Source of the DNA: Collimonas fungivorans
GTDB taxonomy: Bacteria; Pseudomonadota; Gammaproteobacteria; Burkholderiales; Burkholderiaceae_D
Direction of reading: 5' to 3'
DNA length: 64,000 nucleotides
Assembly (NCBI RefSeq): GCF_028292705.1
Contig: NZ_JAQGLV010000193.1
Coordinates: forward strand, 10,147-74,146
Both the position numbers and the translations under genes were made by a program. Shown here piece after piece: positions 9,824-18,764 of the stretch; within the stretch, counting starts at the first letter, position 1; the number at the start of each line of letters is the position of its first letter. The notes under the pieces are model-generated. The model did no database searches. It saw nothing but the letters and a program-made list of their open reading frames with translations, and was not told where the DNA came from.

Positions 9824-10999
9824 ATGCTTTATCTTAATCAACTCGGCATGGTGTGTCCGCTTGGCGAAAGCCACGCGGAGATCAGCCGTCGCCTGTTCGC
9901 CGGCGACAGCGGCGTCGCCATGACCACGCGTCATTCGCCGGGGCGGGAGCTGGCGCTGGGTAGTGTCGAGACGGTGCTGCCCGATATCAGCGCGCTGCCG
10001 CTGGGCCAGCGCAGCCGCAATAATCAGCTGGCGCTGGCCGCGCTGGCGCAGATCCGGCCGCAAGTCGATGCCGCCATCCAGCAGTTCGGCGCAGGGCGGG
10101 TGGCGATCGTGCTCGGCACCAGCACTTCCGGCATCGCGCAGAGCGAAGCGGCGTTTCGCTATCGTCTGCAGCATGAAAGGTTTCCTGCCGATTTTGACTA
10201 TGGGCAGCAAGAAATGGCCTCGCCGGCGGCGACCCTGGCGTCGGTGCTGGGCGTGACCGGGCCCGCTTATGTGCATTCCAGCGCCTGCGCTTCGAGCAGC
10301 AAGGCGATGGCCAGCGCCGCCCGCCTGATCAAGATGGGACTGTGCGATGCGGTGCTGACCGGCGGCGTCGATTCGTTGTGCGCATTTACCGTGGCCGGCT
10401 TCGGCGCGCTGGAGTCGGTCAGCGCGGCGCGCTGCAATCCGTTCAGCGCCAATCGCAACGGCATCAATATCGGCGAGGGCGCGGCCCTGTTCTTGATGAG
10501 CAAGGCTGAAGCAACCGTGAGTTTGCGCGGCTGGGGCGAATCTTCCGACGGCTACCATATTTCAGCGCCGGATCCGTCCGGCGCCGGCGCCCGCAGCGCG
10601 ATCGAACAAGCTTTGGCGCGCGCCGGCGTGGCGCCAAAACACATCGACTACATTAACCTGCACGGCACTGCCACCGTGCAAAACGACGCCATGGAAGGGC
10701 GCGTGATCGCCGCCTTGTTTACCGACGATGTGGCGCTCAGTTCGACCAAGCCGTTTACCGGCCATGCGCTGGGCGCCGCCGGCGCGGTGGAAGCGGGCCT
10801 GTGCTGGCTGGCGATGCAGGACGACAATCCGCAGGGCCAGCTGCCGCCGCATTTGTGGGACGGCGCCTGCGATCCCGGCTTGCCGCAGCTGAACTTGCTA
10901 CCGATCGGAGCCTGCCTTGGACATCCCTTGCGCTGGGCTTTGAGTAACTCTTTTGCATTTGGCGGCGCCAATGCAAGTTTGCTGCTGGGGCGGGAATGA
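9824..10999 (+). CDS. Beta-ketoacyl-ACP synthase (ApeO-like)
   Basis: Cys-His-His triad: SSAC, HGTAT, GHALG; SNSFAFGG. Confidence 0.92.
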   Translation: MLYLNQLGMVCPLGESHAEISRRLFAGDSGVAMTTRHSPGRELALGSVETVLPDISALPLGQRSRNNQLALAALAQIRPQVDAAIQQFGAGRVAIVLGTSTSGIAQSEAAFRYRLQHERFPADFDYGQQEMASPAATLASVLGVTGPAYVHSSACASSSKAMASAARLIKMGLCDAVLTGGVDSLCAFTVAGFGALESVSAARCNPFSANRNGINIGEGAALFLMSKAEATVSLRGWGESSDGYHISAPDPSGAGARSAIEQALARAGVAPKHIDYINLHGTATVQNDAMEGRVIAALFTDDVALSSTKPFTGHALGAAGAVEAGLCWLAMQDDNPQGQLPPHLWDGACDPGLPQLNLLPIGACLGHPLRWALSNSFAFGGANASLLLGRE

Positions 11000-11469
11000 T
11001 GGAACAGTTGAATGCAATCGAGGCGATGGATATCCGCCGTTTTTTGCCGCATTCCGGCGTCATGGTGCTGCTGGATCGGCTGCTGGCGGTCGGCGAGGAA
11101 GATTTGCGGGCTGACGTGGTGATCCGGCCGGACAGCCTGTTTTGCGATGGGCAAGGCGTGCCGGCCTGGGTCGGGGTCGAGTACATGGCGCAGGCGATTG
11201 CCGCCTATGCCGGTTATACCGCACAGTTGCGCGGCGAATCGGTGAAAATCGGTTTCTTGCTGGGCACCCGCCGCTATGAAGCCAGTTGCCCGGCCTTTGC
11301 CGTCGGCAGCGTGCTGCAAGTCCATGTCCAGAAGCTGCTGCAGGCAGACAATGGGATAGGATCGTTCGAATGCCAGATCCATGCCGCCGGGCAGCAGCTG
11401 GCAAGCGCTACCATTACCGTGTTCCAGCCGGCTGATGCGGCTGTTTTTCTTGAGGGAAGTACTGAATGA
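10996..11469 (+). CDS. Hotdog 3-hydroxyacyl-ACP dehydratase (ApeP-like)
   Basis: LPHSGVMVLLD, GVEYMAQ and GFLLGTR motifs. Confidence 0.88.
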   Translation: MMEQLNAIEAMDIRRFLPHSGVMVLLDRLLAVGEEDLRADVVIRPDSLFCDGQGVPAWVGVEYMAQAIAAYAGYTAQLRGESVKIGFLLGTRRYEASCPAFAVGSVLQVHVQKLLQADNGIGSFECQIHAAGQQLASATITVFQPADAAVFLEGSTE

Positions 11470-12254
11470 TGTTGGAAACGAGCTTGGAATCGAGGTTGGA
11501 AGTGAGCCAGGCAGCGCCGGCTGCCCGCCTGAACCAGAGCGTGCTGGTCACCGGCTCCAGCCGCGGCATCGGCAAGGCGATTGCATTGCGGCTGGCGCGC
11601 GAGGGCTACGATATCGTCTTGCATTGCCACCAGCAGCGCGCGGCAGCCGATGCCGTGGCGCAGACGGTGCGCGAACTGGGAGTGCAGGCGCGCGTCCTGC
11701 AGTTCGACATAGGCGACCGCCAGGCCAGCGCCGCTGCGTTGCTGGCGGATGTCGAGCAGCACGCCTGTTATTACGGCGTGGTGTGCAATGCCGGGGTGGC
11801 GCGCGATAACGCTTTCCCTGCCATGCCGGGCGAGGATTGGGACCTGGTGCTGAAGACCAACCTGGACGGTTTCTACAACGTGCTCAATCCGCTGGTAATG
11901 CCGATGGTGCAGCGGCGCGCGCCTGGCCGCATCGTCACCCTGGCTTCGGTGTCGGGCCTGATAGGCAACCGCGGCCAGGTCAACTACAGCGCTGCCAAGG
12001 CCGGGATCATCGGCGCCACCAAGGCGCTGGCGATCGAGCTGGCCAAGCGCAACATCACGGTTAACTGCGTCGCTCCCGGCCTGATCGAAACCGACATGAT
12101 CAGCGAGGTGCCGCTGGACGAAGCGCTCAAGCTGATTCCGGCGCGCCGGGTCGGCAAGCCGGAAGAAGTGGCGGCGACGGTGGCCTTCCTGATGCACGCC
12201 GATGCTGCCTACATCACGCGCCAGGTGATTTCGGTCAACGGAGGCATGGCATGA
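11466..12254 (+). CDS. fabG: 3-oxoacyl-ACP reductase (ApeQ-like)
   Basis: TGSSRGIG, NAG, YSAAK and NCVAPG SDR motifs. Confidence 0.93.
   Translation: MMLETSLESRLEVSQAAPAARLNQSVLVTGSSRGIGKAIALRLAREGYDIVLHCHQQRAAADAVAQTVRELGVQARVLQFDIGDRQASAAALLADVEQHACYYGVVCNAGVARDNAFPAMPGEDWDLVLKTNLDGFYNVLNPLVMPMVQRRAPGRIVTLASVSGLIGNRGQVNYSAAKAGIIGATKALAIELAKRNITVNCVAPGLIETDMISEVPLDEALKLIPARRVGKPEEVAATVAFLMHADAAYITRQVISVNGGMA
11472..11507 (+). repeat. 3x degenerate 12-bp tandem repeat in the fabG N-terminus
   Basis: TTGGAAACGAGC / TTGGAATCGAGG / TTGGAAGTGAGC (LETS LESR LEVS). Confidence 0.8.
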
Positions 12255-13495
12255 CGCGTACGCTGACAGAACGGCGGGTAGTGGTGACCGGCATGGCCGG
12301 CATCAGCCCGATCGGCAACGACTGGGACGCCATCCGCACCCACCTCGGCAGTTATCGCAACGCCATAGTGCGGATGGAGGACTGGGCCGGTTACGACGGC
12401 CTGAACACACAGCTGGGAGCTCCCGCCGCCGAGTTCGCCTTGTCCGACCGTTATACCCGCAAGACCATGCGCAGCATGGGACGGGTAGCCTTGATGGCGA
12501 CCCGCGCCAGCGAACTGGCGCTGGCCGATGCCGGCCTGCTTGACGATCCAGTGCTGAAAAGCGGCGCCTGCGGAGTCGCCTACGGTTCGTCTGCCGGTAC
12601 GCCGAAGGCGATCGGCGATTTCGGCCGGATGATGGATGAACGCAGCACGCGCGGCATCAACGCCACCACCTATATCAAGATGATGGCGCACACGGCGCCG
12701 GTCAATATCGGCGTGTTTTTCGGCATTACCGGGCGCGTGATCACCACTTCCAGCGCCTGTACTTCCGGCAGCCAGGGCATCGGCTACGCCTATGAAGCCA
12801 TTCGCAGCGGCCGCCAGGCAATCATGGTTGCCGGCGGCGCCGAGGAACTGTGCGCGACCGAAGCGGCGGTATTCGACACCCTGTTCGCCACCAGCGTGCG
12901 CAACGACACGCCGGCCCTGACGCCCAGCCCGTTCGACAGCAGCCGCGACGGCCTGGTGATTGGCGAGGGCGCAGGCAGCCTGATCCTGGAAGATTTCGAC
13001 CATGCGCGCGCCCGGGGCGCAAAGATGTACGCCGAAATCGTAGGCTTCGGCACCAACAGCGACGGCTGCCACGTCACCCATCCGAACGCCGACACCATGC
13101 AGGTCGCGATGACGCTGGCGCTGGCCGACGCCGCCTTGCCGGCAAGCGCTATCGGCTACATCAACGCCCATGGCACCGGCACCGAGCAGGGCGACATCGC
13201 CGAATCTCATGCCACCGCCGCGGTGTTCGCGCGGCACACGCCGATCAGTTCGCTGAAGAGTTACACTGGCCACACGCTGGGCGCATGCGGCGCCCTGGAA
13301 GCCTGGATCGGCATCGAAATGATGCGTTCCGGCTGGTTCGCGCCAACCATCAACCTGAAGCAGCTGGACCCGCTGTGCGCCGAGCTGGACTACATTGTCG
13401 ACGAAGGACGCAGCTTGCAATGCGAGTATTTCATGTCGAATAATTTTGCGTTCGGCGGCATCAATACCTCATTGATTTTCAAACGCCTGGATTAA
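12251..13495 (+). CDS. Beta-ketoacyl-ACP synthase II, FabF-like (ApeR-like)
   Basis: SSACTSG, HGTGT, GHTLGACG, SNNFAFGG. Confidence 0.93.
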   Translation: MTRTLTERRVVVTGMAGISPIGNDWDAIRTHLGSYRNAIVRMEDWAGYDGLNTQLGAPAAEFALSDRYTRKTMRSMGRVALMATRASELALADAGLLDDPVLKSGACGVAYGSSAGTPKAIGDFGRMMDERSTRGINATTYIKMMAHTAPVNIGVFFGITGRVITTSSACTSGSQGIGYAYEAIRSGRQAIMVAGGAEELCATEAAVFDTLFATSVRNDTPALTPSPFDSSRDGLVIGEGAGSLILEDFDHARARGAKMYAEIVGFGTNSDGCHVTHPNADTMQVAMTLALADAALPASAIGYINAHGTGTEQGDIAESHATAAVFARHTPISSLKSYTGHTLGACGALEAWIGIEMMRSGWFAPTINLKQLDPLCAELDYIVDEGRSLQCEYFMSNNFAFGGINTSLIFKRLD

Positions 13496-13507
13496 GGCCC
13501 TTAAGCC

Positions 13508-14218
13508 ATGCGGTCCGCGTTCATCCTGCTGTACAACGCCAGCCAGCTGGCGGACGATGAGCGCGATCGTTTTCTTGCCTGTCTAGGCGAGTCGGAATTG
13601 CTGCGTTACCGGCGGTTTTTGCGGCCGCTGCGCCAGCGCGAATTTTTGCTGGGACGGATATTGCTGCGCTTTGCCGTTGCGCGCCTGGCCGGCGTCACGC
13701 TTGAAGCGGTGCAGATCGCCGAGCGTAAGAACCAGGCGCCATTGGTGCAACTGCCGGTCGCCGGCGCCGCGCTTCCTTTCTTCAGTTTGTCGCATAGCCG
13801 CGGCTGGGTGGCTTGCGCCGCCAGTGTCGATACCGCGCTGGGCCTCGATGCCGAGATGCTCGATACCGAGCGCGATGTGGACGCCATCGCTCGCGCCGCT
13901 TTTTCGGAAGAGGAAAGTGACTGGCTGTCGAGTCGTCCTGCCGAGGATAAAGCGGCGGACTTCTATGCCTTGTGGAGCAGCAAAGAGGCGCTGTTTAAAT
14001 TGATGTCGGTTCAGGGGGACGGTAGTCCATCGCCGGAGCATGTGGCCGCAGGGGTGCGTTTGCGTTCGGGGCCGGATTGGCATGCGCGGACGTGGACGCA
14101 GCAGGGCCTGGTCATTACCCTGTGCAGTCGCGAGCGTTTGCAGTCGGTAGCGCGGATTTGCCTGCTTGGCGCCGCGCCGTCGGCCTGGACGCTGCAGCTG
14201 GACAGCCAGCTGCCTTAG
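13508..14218 (+). CDS. Sfp-type 4'-phosphopantetheinyl transferase
   Basis: FSLSHS, LGLDAE and FYALWSSKEALFK motifs. Confidence 0.9.
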   Translation: MRSAFILLYNASQLADDERDRFLACLGESELLRYRRFLRPLRQREFLLGRILLRFAVARLAGVTLEAVQIAERKNQAPLVQLPVAGAALPFFSLSHSRGWVACAASVDTALGLDAEMLDTERDVDAIARAAFSEEESDWLSSRPAEDKAADFYALWSSKEALFKLMSVQGDGSPSPEHVAAGVRLRSGPDWHARTWTQQGLVITLCSRERLQSVARICLLGAAPSAWTLQLDSQLP

Positions 14219-14712
14219 AGTTTCTTCAGGCGCTTTGCGTTGGCGGTTGCACGGGCATGAATCGGCTGCAGGCCGGTTTGCGCAATATGCGCCAGCGACG
14301 TGTTCAGCTGCGACACGGCTTCCGCCGAGTTGCGCATGGTGTCGTGCGCCAGCTTGCTCTGGCGGTGCCCGGACTGGTGCAGGCTGCTGCTGCTGGCCAC
14401 CGACAGCAGGTTGGCGGTGCCGTCCAGCATGTGCTGGATCGCCAGCCTGGCCACGTCCTGATGCAAGCTCATCATGCGGATCGCCATGGCATGCGCCGAT
14501 TCGGCGGCAACTTCCATTTTTTCCTGGCTCATCAGGTTGAATTCATTGCGGTCGCTCTGGCTCGGCGCCGGTCCGGCCAGGGCCATGCGGGCGGTGCGGT
14601 GGCCGATCACCTGGGCGGAGGCGCTCATCATTTCCCCGGTTTTGAACAGCAGGTCGGTCCAGGCGCTCAAAGGACTGGCGACAGTGGTGTTGCGGACTCG
14701 GTACGACTTCAT
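14215..14712 (-). CDS. Probable PHA granule-associated phasin (non-PhaP1 type)
   Basis: Ala-rich helical protein with SAQVIGHRTARMA...DRNEFNLMSQEK...PIHARATANAKRL pattern; GGAG SD; PhaR-like palindrome upstream. Confidence 0.65.
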   Translation of the reverse strand: MKSYRVRNTTVASPLSAWTDLLFKTGEMMSASAQVIGHRTARMALAGPAPSQSDRNEFNLMSQEKMEVAAESAHAMAIRMMSLHQDVARLAIQHMLDGTANLLSVASSSSLHQSGHRQSKLAHDTMRNSAEAVSQLNTSLAHIAQTGLQPIHARATANAKRLKKL

Positions 14713-14782
14713 GGTGACTCCTTAAGACCAAATGGCCTTGATAGCGCTAACAATACCTCTTTTTACGCAATCGCTGTGGCTT

Positions 14783-14803
14783 TTATGTGGCGCTGCAACA
14801 TAA
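14783..14803. promoter_or_regulatory. PhaR-like operator palindrome upstream of the phasin
   Basis: TTATGTGGCGCTGCAACATAA, a near-perfect inverted repeat with a TGC-rich core. Confidence 0.55.
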
Positions 14804-14932
14804 TTTTGCAATTGCCTTGTTTTCATAGAGAAAGAGCAACTAAATTGCCAGCTAAAGTGTCTTTAAGAGCTACTTCGGTAAAATTCCAAAATCTTCATAA
14901 ATGAGTAACATTGCTTCGGGTAAAATCCAGAT

Positions 14933-15670
14933 ATGAAAATTTTGATCAGCAACGATGATGGTTACCTGGCGCCGGGCATCATCGCCTTGGCAGATGCACT
15001 GGCGCCGATAGCCGAAATCGTGGTGGTAGCCCCCGACAGCAATCGCTCCGGCTCCTCCAATTCGCTGACTCTGGATCGCCCTCTATCGGTGCAACGCGCC
15101 GAAAACGGTTTCTATTTTGTCAATGGAACACCGTCAGACTGTGTGCACATTGCCCTGACCGGCTTGCTGAATTTTCGGCCGGATCTGATCGTGTCCGGGA
15201 TTAACCAAGGCCAGAACATGGGCGACGACACGCTGTATTCCGGCACCGTGGCTGCGGCCACCGAAGGTTTCCTGTTCGGCATTCCCGCCATCGCTTTTTC
15301 GCAACTGCACAAAGGCTGGGACGAGCTGGAGACGGCGGCCATGGTGGCGCGCGAAATCGTCGAGCGCCGCTTCGGCAACCTGCCGCAGCCCTACCTGCTG
15401 AACGTGAATATTCCCAACCTGCCTTACGACCAGCTGAAACCGATGGTGGCGACCCGTCTGGGAAAGCGGCATGAATCGGAAGCGGTCATCAAGGACAAGG
15501 ACCCGCACGGCCGCGACATATACTGGATCGGGCCGCCGGGCGCGGCGCGCGATGCCGGCGAGGGCACCGATTTCCATGCGACCGCCAACGGCCATGTCTC
15601 GATTACTCCCCTGCAGATAGATCTGACCCATGCGGCGCAACTGGCCGCGCTGAGGAAAGATTTGTCATGA
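14933..15670 (+). CDS. surE: 5'/3'-nucleotidase SurE
   Basis: [23 protein letters not shown] and YSGTVAAA motifs. Confidence 0.97.
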   Translation: MKILISNDDGYLAPGIIALADALAPIAEIVVVAPDSNRSGSSNSLTLDRPLSVQRAENGFYFVNGTPSDCVHIALTGLLNFRPDLIVSGINQGQNMGDDTLYSGTVAAATEGFLFGIPAIAFSQLHKGWDELETAAMVAREIVERRFGNLPQPYLLNVNIPNLPYDQLKPMVATRLGKRHESEAVIKDKDPHGRDIYWIGPPGAARDAGEGTDFHATANGHVSITPLQIDLTHAAQLAALRKDLS

Positions 15671-16545
15671 CCGAGAAGGCCAAGCGATTTCCGTTGACGC
15701 TGTCGTCGCTCGTCGACAAGAAACCCGGCACGGACCAGAGCAAGCGCAGCGTAGCCACGCCGCAGACGGCAACAAAAAATGCCGCCTGGGAGAACTCCCG
15801 GCCGACACCGCGCACTGGCGCCGGCGCGCCGCCTTTGGCGCCGGCCAGCAAGACGATGGCGCGGCCGGCACAGAGCGCAAGCCATGTCGACCGTTCAGGC
15901 TCCATGGTGTCCGACGGCGTGCGCAAAGCCATGGTGGACCGGGTCGCCAGGCAGGGCGTCAGCGACGCCAAGGTACTGGCAGCGATGGAAGCGGTGCCGC
16001 GCCACATGTTCATGGAGCCGGGCATGTCGAGCCAGGCATACATCGATGCTTCGCTGCCGATCGGCCACCACCAGACCATTTCGCAGCCTTATATCGTGGC
16101 GCGCATGATAGAGATCATGCGCGACAACCAGCACGGCGGCGTCTTGAACCGGGTGCTGGAAATCGGCACCGGCTGCGGTTACCAGGCAGCGGTGCTGTCC
16201 CTGGTGGCGAAGGAAGTCTATTCGATAGAGCGGATCAAGCCCTTGCACGAACTGGCGAGAAGCAACTTGCGTCCGCTGCGGATCGGCAACATCCGTTTGC
16301 ATTACGGAGATGGTATGCTTGGGCTGCCGCAGGTAGCGCCTTTCGACGGTATCATCCTGGCTGCAGCCGGCCTCGAAGTACCGCAAGCATTACTGGACCA
16401 GATGACGATCGGCGGCCGCCTGGTGGCTCCGGTCGGCGCCCGTCACCAGGTACTGCAGCTCATCCAGCGCACCAGTAAATTTGATTGGACCAGCACCACA
16501 CTGGAAGACTGTCATTTTGTGCCTTTGCGTGCAGGAACGGTTTGA
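15667..16545 (+). CDS. pcm: Protein-L-isoaspartate O-methyltransferase
   Basis: [23 protein letters not shown] and FVPL motifs; surE-pcm-nlpD-rpoS synteny. Confidence 0.96.
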   Translation: MTEKAKRFPLTLSSLVDKKPGTDQSKRSVATPQTATKNAAWENSRPTPRTGAGAPPLAPASKTMARPAQSASHVDRSGSMVSDGVRKAMVDRVARQGVSDAKVLAAMEAVPRHMFMEPGMSSQAYIDASLPIGHHQTISQPYIVARMIEIMRDNQHGGVLNRVLEIGTGCGYQAAVLSLVAKEVYSIERIKPLHELARSNLRPLRIGNIRLHYGDGMLGLPQVAPFDGIILAAAGLEVPQALLDQMTIGGRLVAPVGARHQVLQLIQRTSKFDWTSTTLEDCHFVPLRAGTV

Positions 16546-16591
16546 ACAGTGCGGTTTGAGCAGCGCCGGATCGCCTGTTGTGTCCGGCAAC

Positions 16592-16651
16592 GAATTGACG
16601 AATAAGTTAGCAAGCAAGTTGGCAAACAAATTGACGAATCAATTGACGAAT
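16592..16651 (+). repeat. 5x degenerate 12-bp tandem repeat between pcm and nlpD
   Basis: GAATTGACGAAT / AAGTTAGCAAGC / AAGTTGGCAAAC / AAATTGACGAAT / CAATTGACGAAT. Confidence 0.85.
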
Positions 16652-16686
16652 AATCAGCGACCACGTCGCACATACTAATTAACGTA

Positions 16687-17664
16687 ATGAGAATGAAGAA
16701 AACTCGCTTTATAGCTTTGGGATTAATGGTAGGCACGCTCGCCGCATGTACCACTCCGCGCACCCCCGCGCCGGTAGTCGAGCGGCGGGCTGGCGGCAGC
16801 GGCGCGGTAGCTACCGCGGCTGCGCCCGAAACGCCGCGGGGCGCTGAAGGACGCGGTTCTTATACCGTGAAGCAGGGCGACACCCTGTACCGGATCGCAC
16901 TTGAATTCGGCCAGAGCTATCGCGATATCGTGGCCTGGAACAAGCTGGACAACGCCAACGACATCAAGGTCGGCCAGGTGCTGCGGGTGCAGCCTCCTGA
17001 CAGCGGTTCAGGACCGGCCGGCGGCGCCCAGATCGGCAATGTAGCGACCGGCTCGGGAGTCGAGGTGCGCTCCCTGGGCACCGCGCCGTCAGCTGCGGCT
17101 GTCGCCAGCGGCGGCAACAAGAACGGACCGCGCGGCGACAAGCGTCCGTATTCCGACAGCGCATTGGCTGAATTGCAGAAGCCCGATGCCGGGCCATCCA
17201 GCGAGACACCGAAACCGGCGGCAACGCCGGCCGTGGCGGCGCCAGCTGCAGCTGCCGGCAGCACCGCCTCGACAGCGGCGCCGGCAAGCGGCGATGAAGA
17301 CAAGGTCGACTGGATGTGGCCGGCCGAAGGCAAGCAGGTCGGCTCTTTCGACCAGGGCAAGAAAGGCATCGATATTGCCGGCAAGGCCGGGCAGAATGTG
17401 GTCGCCGCGGCCGGCGGCAAGGTGATGTATGCCGGCAGCGGCATTCGCGGCTACGGTAATCTGGTTATCATCAAACATACCAGCAACTTGTTGTCCGCTT
17501 ACGCGCATAATAAGACCATCCTGGTGAAAGAGGGGCAGACGGTGAGCAAGGGCCAGAAAATTGCCGAAATGGGTAATTCGGACAGCGATGCGGTCAAGCT
17601 GCATTTTGAAATCCGCCAGCAAGGCAAACCTGTGGATCCATCGAAATTCTTACCTAGTCGATAA
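16687..17664 (+). CDS. nlpD: LysM/M23 lipoprotein NlpD
   Basis: Lipobox LAAC; LysM (YTVKQGDTLYRIA); M23 domain (KGIDI, YAHN, LHFEIR). Confidence 0.95.
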   Translation: MRMKKTRFIALGLMVGTLAACTTPRTPAPVVERRAGGSGAVATAAAPETPRGAEGRGSYTVKQGDTLYRIALEFGQSYRDIVAWNKLDNANDIKVGQVLRVQPPDSGSGPAGGAQIGNVATGSGVEVRSLGTAPSAAAVASGGNKNGPRGDKRPYSDSALAELQKPDAGPSSETPKPAATPAVAAPAAAAGSTASTAAPASGDEDKVDWMWPAEGKQVGSFDQGKKGIDIAGKAGQNVVAAAGGKVMYAGSGIRGYGNLVIIKHTSNLLSAYAHNKTILVKEGQTVSKGQKIAEMGNSDSDAVKLHFEIRQQGKPVDPSKFLPSR

Positions 17665-18690
17665 ATGAGCAAACGGCCGACAGATCATCAGGATGACGAG
17701 CTTGACGATGCATCGGAGCGGATTGCCGATGACGGGCAAGAGGATGTTGATGCTGTCGCCGCCGAGCAGGACGTCGACGATGAGGTCGTGGTCGATGGCG
17801 TGGTGGTGGTGGTCGACGGCGTCGAGGAACTGAAGAAAGTCCTGGCCGCCGAACTGTCGACCGACACCACGCAGCACTACCTGAACCAGATCGGCACCCG
17901 GCCGCTGCTGTCGGTGACCGAAGAAGTGCATTTCGCCACCCTGGCGAAACAAGGCAATTTCGAAGCCCGCCAGAAAATGATCGAGCATAACCTGCGGCTG
18001 GTGGTCTCGATCGCCAAGCACTACATCAACCGCGGCGTCGCCTTGCTTGACCTGATCGAAGAAGGCAATCTCGGCCTGATGCGGGCGATCGACAAGTTCG
18101 AGCCCGAACGCGGCTTCCGTTTCTCTACCTACGCCACCTGGTGGATACGCCAGAGCATTGAACGCGCCATCATGAACCAGGCGCGCACCGTGCGCCTGCC
18201 GGTGCACATGGTGCGCGAGCTGAACCAGATCCTGCGCGCCAAATACCACCTGGAAGCGCAGCATCACGACGGCAAGGACGCCAGCGCCGAAGATATCGCC
18301 CACCTGGTCGACCGGCCGGTGGAAGACGTGCAGGATGTGCTGGCCTTGTCCGAGCACGCGGCGTCGCTGGATGCGCCGCTGGACCAGGATCCGCTGGCCA
18401 GCCTGATGGACCTGCTGCCGAGCGCGACCGAGGAAAATCCCGATTCGCGCGCCGAACAGCAGGAAATGTCGATCCTGGTGCGGGTCTGGCTGGAAAAGCT
18501 GACCGACAAGCAGCGCAACGTCATCATGCGCCGTTTCGGCCTGGACAACGACGACCCTTCGACGCTGGAAGAACTGGCGGCCGAAATCGGCGTCACCCGC
18601 GAGCGGGTGCGGCAGATCCAGCAGGAGGCGCTGCTCAAGCTGAAACGCCTGCTGGGCGCCAAAGGCGTCGGCAAAGACTCCTTTCTTTAA
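17665..18690 (+). CDS. rpoS: RNA polymerase sigma factor RpoS
   Basis: [31 protein letters not shown] and TRERVRQIQ; follows nlpD. Confidence 0.96.
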   Translation: MSKRPTDHQDDELDDASERIADDGQEDVDAVAAEQDVDDEVVVDGVVVVVDGVEELKKVLAAELSTDTTQHYLNQIGTRPLLSVTEEVHFATLAKQGNFEARQKMIEHNLRLVVSIAKHYINRGVALLDLIEEGNLGLMRAIDKFEPERGFRFSTYATWWIRQSIERAIMNQARTVRLPVHMVRELNQILRAKYHLEAQHHDGKDASAEDIAHLVDRPVEDVQDVLALSEHAASLDAPLDQDPLASLMDLLPSATEENPDSRAEQQEMSILVRVWLEKLTDKQRNVIMRRFGLDNDDPSTLEELAAEIGVTRERVRQIQQEALLKLKRLLGAKGVGKDSFL

Positions 18691-18714
18691 ACCTGCGCCG
18701 GCTGGCGCTATAAT
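18686..18714 (+). promoter_or_regulatory. Putative sigma70 promoter of rlmD
   Basis: TTTAAA (18686-18691), 17 bp spacer, TATAAT (18709-18714). Confidence 0.55.
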
Positions 18715-18764
18715 CTCGCACCATTTCCTTCAGCTATCGCCCCGGCGATGAATAACTGTTTCCT

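Noticed and set aside
16592-16651. Possible mini-CRISPR or iteron array
   Set aside because: Units are contiguous 12-mers without spacers; no cas or rep genes in the window.
16481-16678. 65-aa ORF containing ELTNKLASKLANKLTNQLTNN
   Set aside because: Overlaps pcm out of frame and has no SD; the periodic peptide is simply the translation of the 12-bp DNA repeat.
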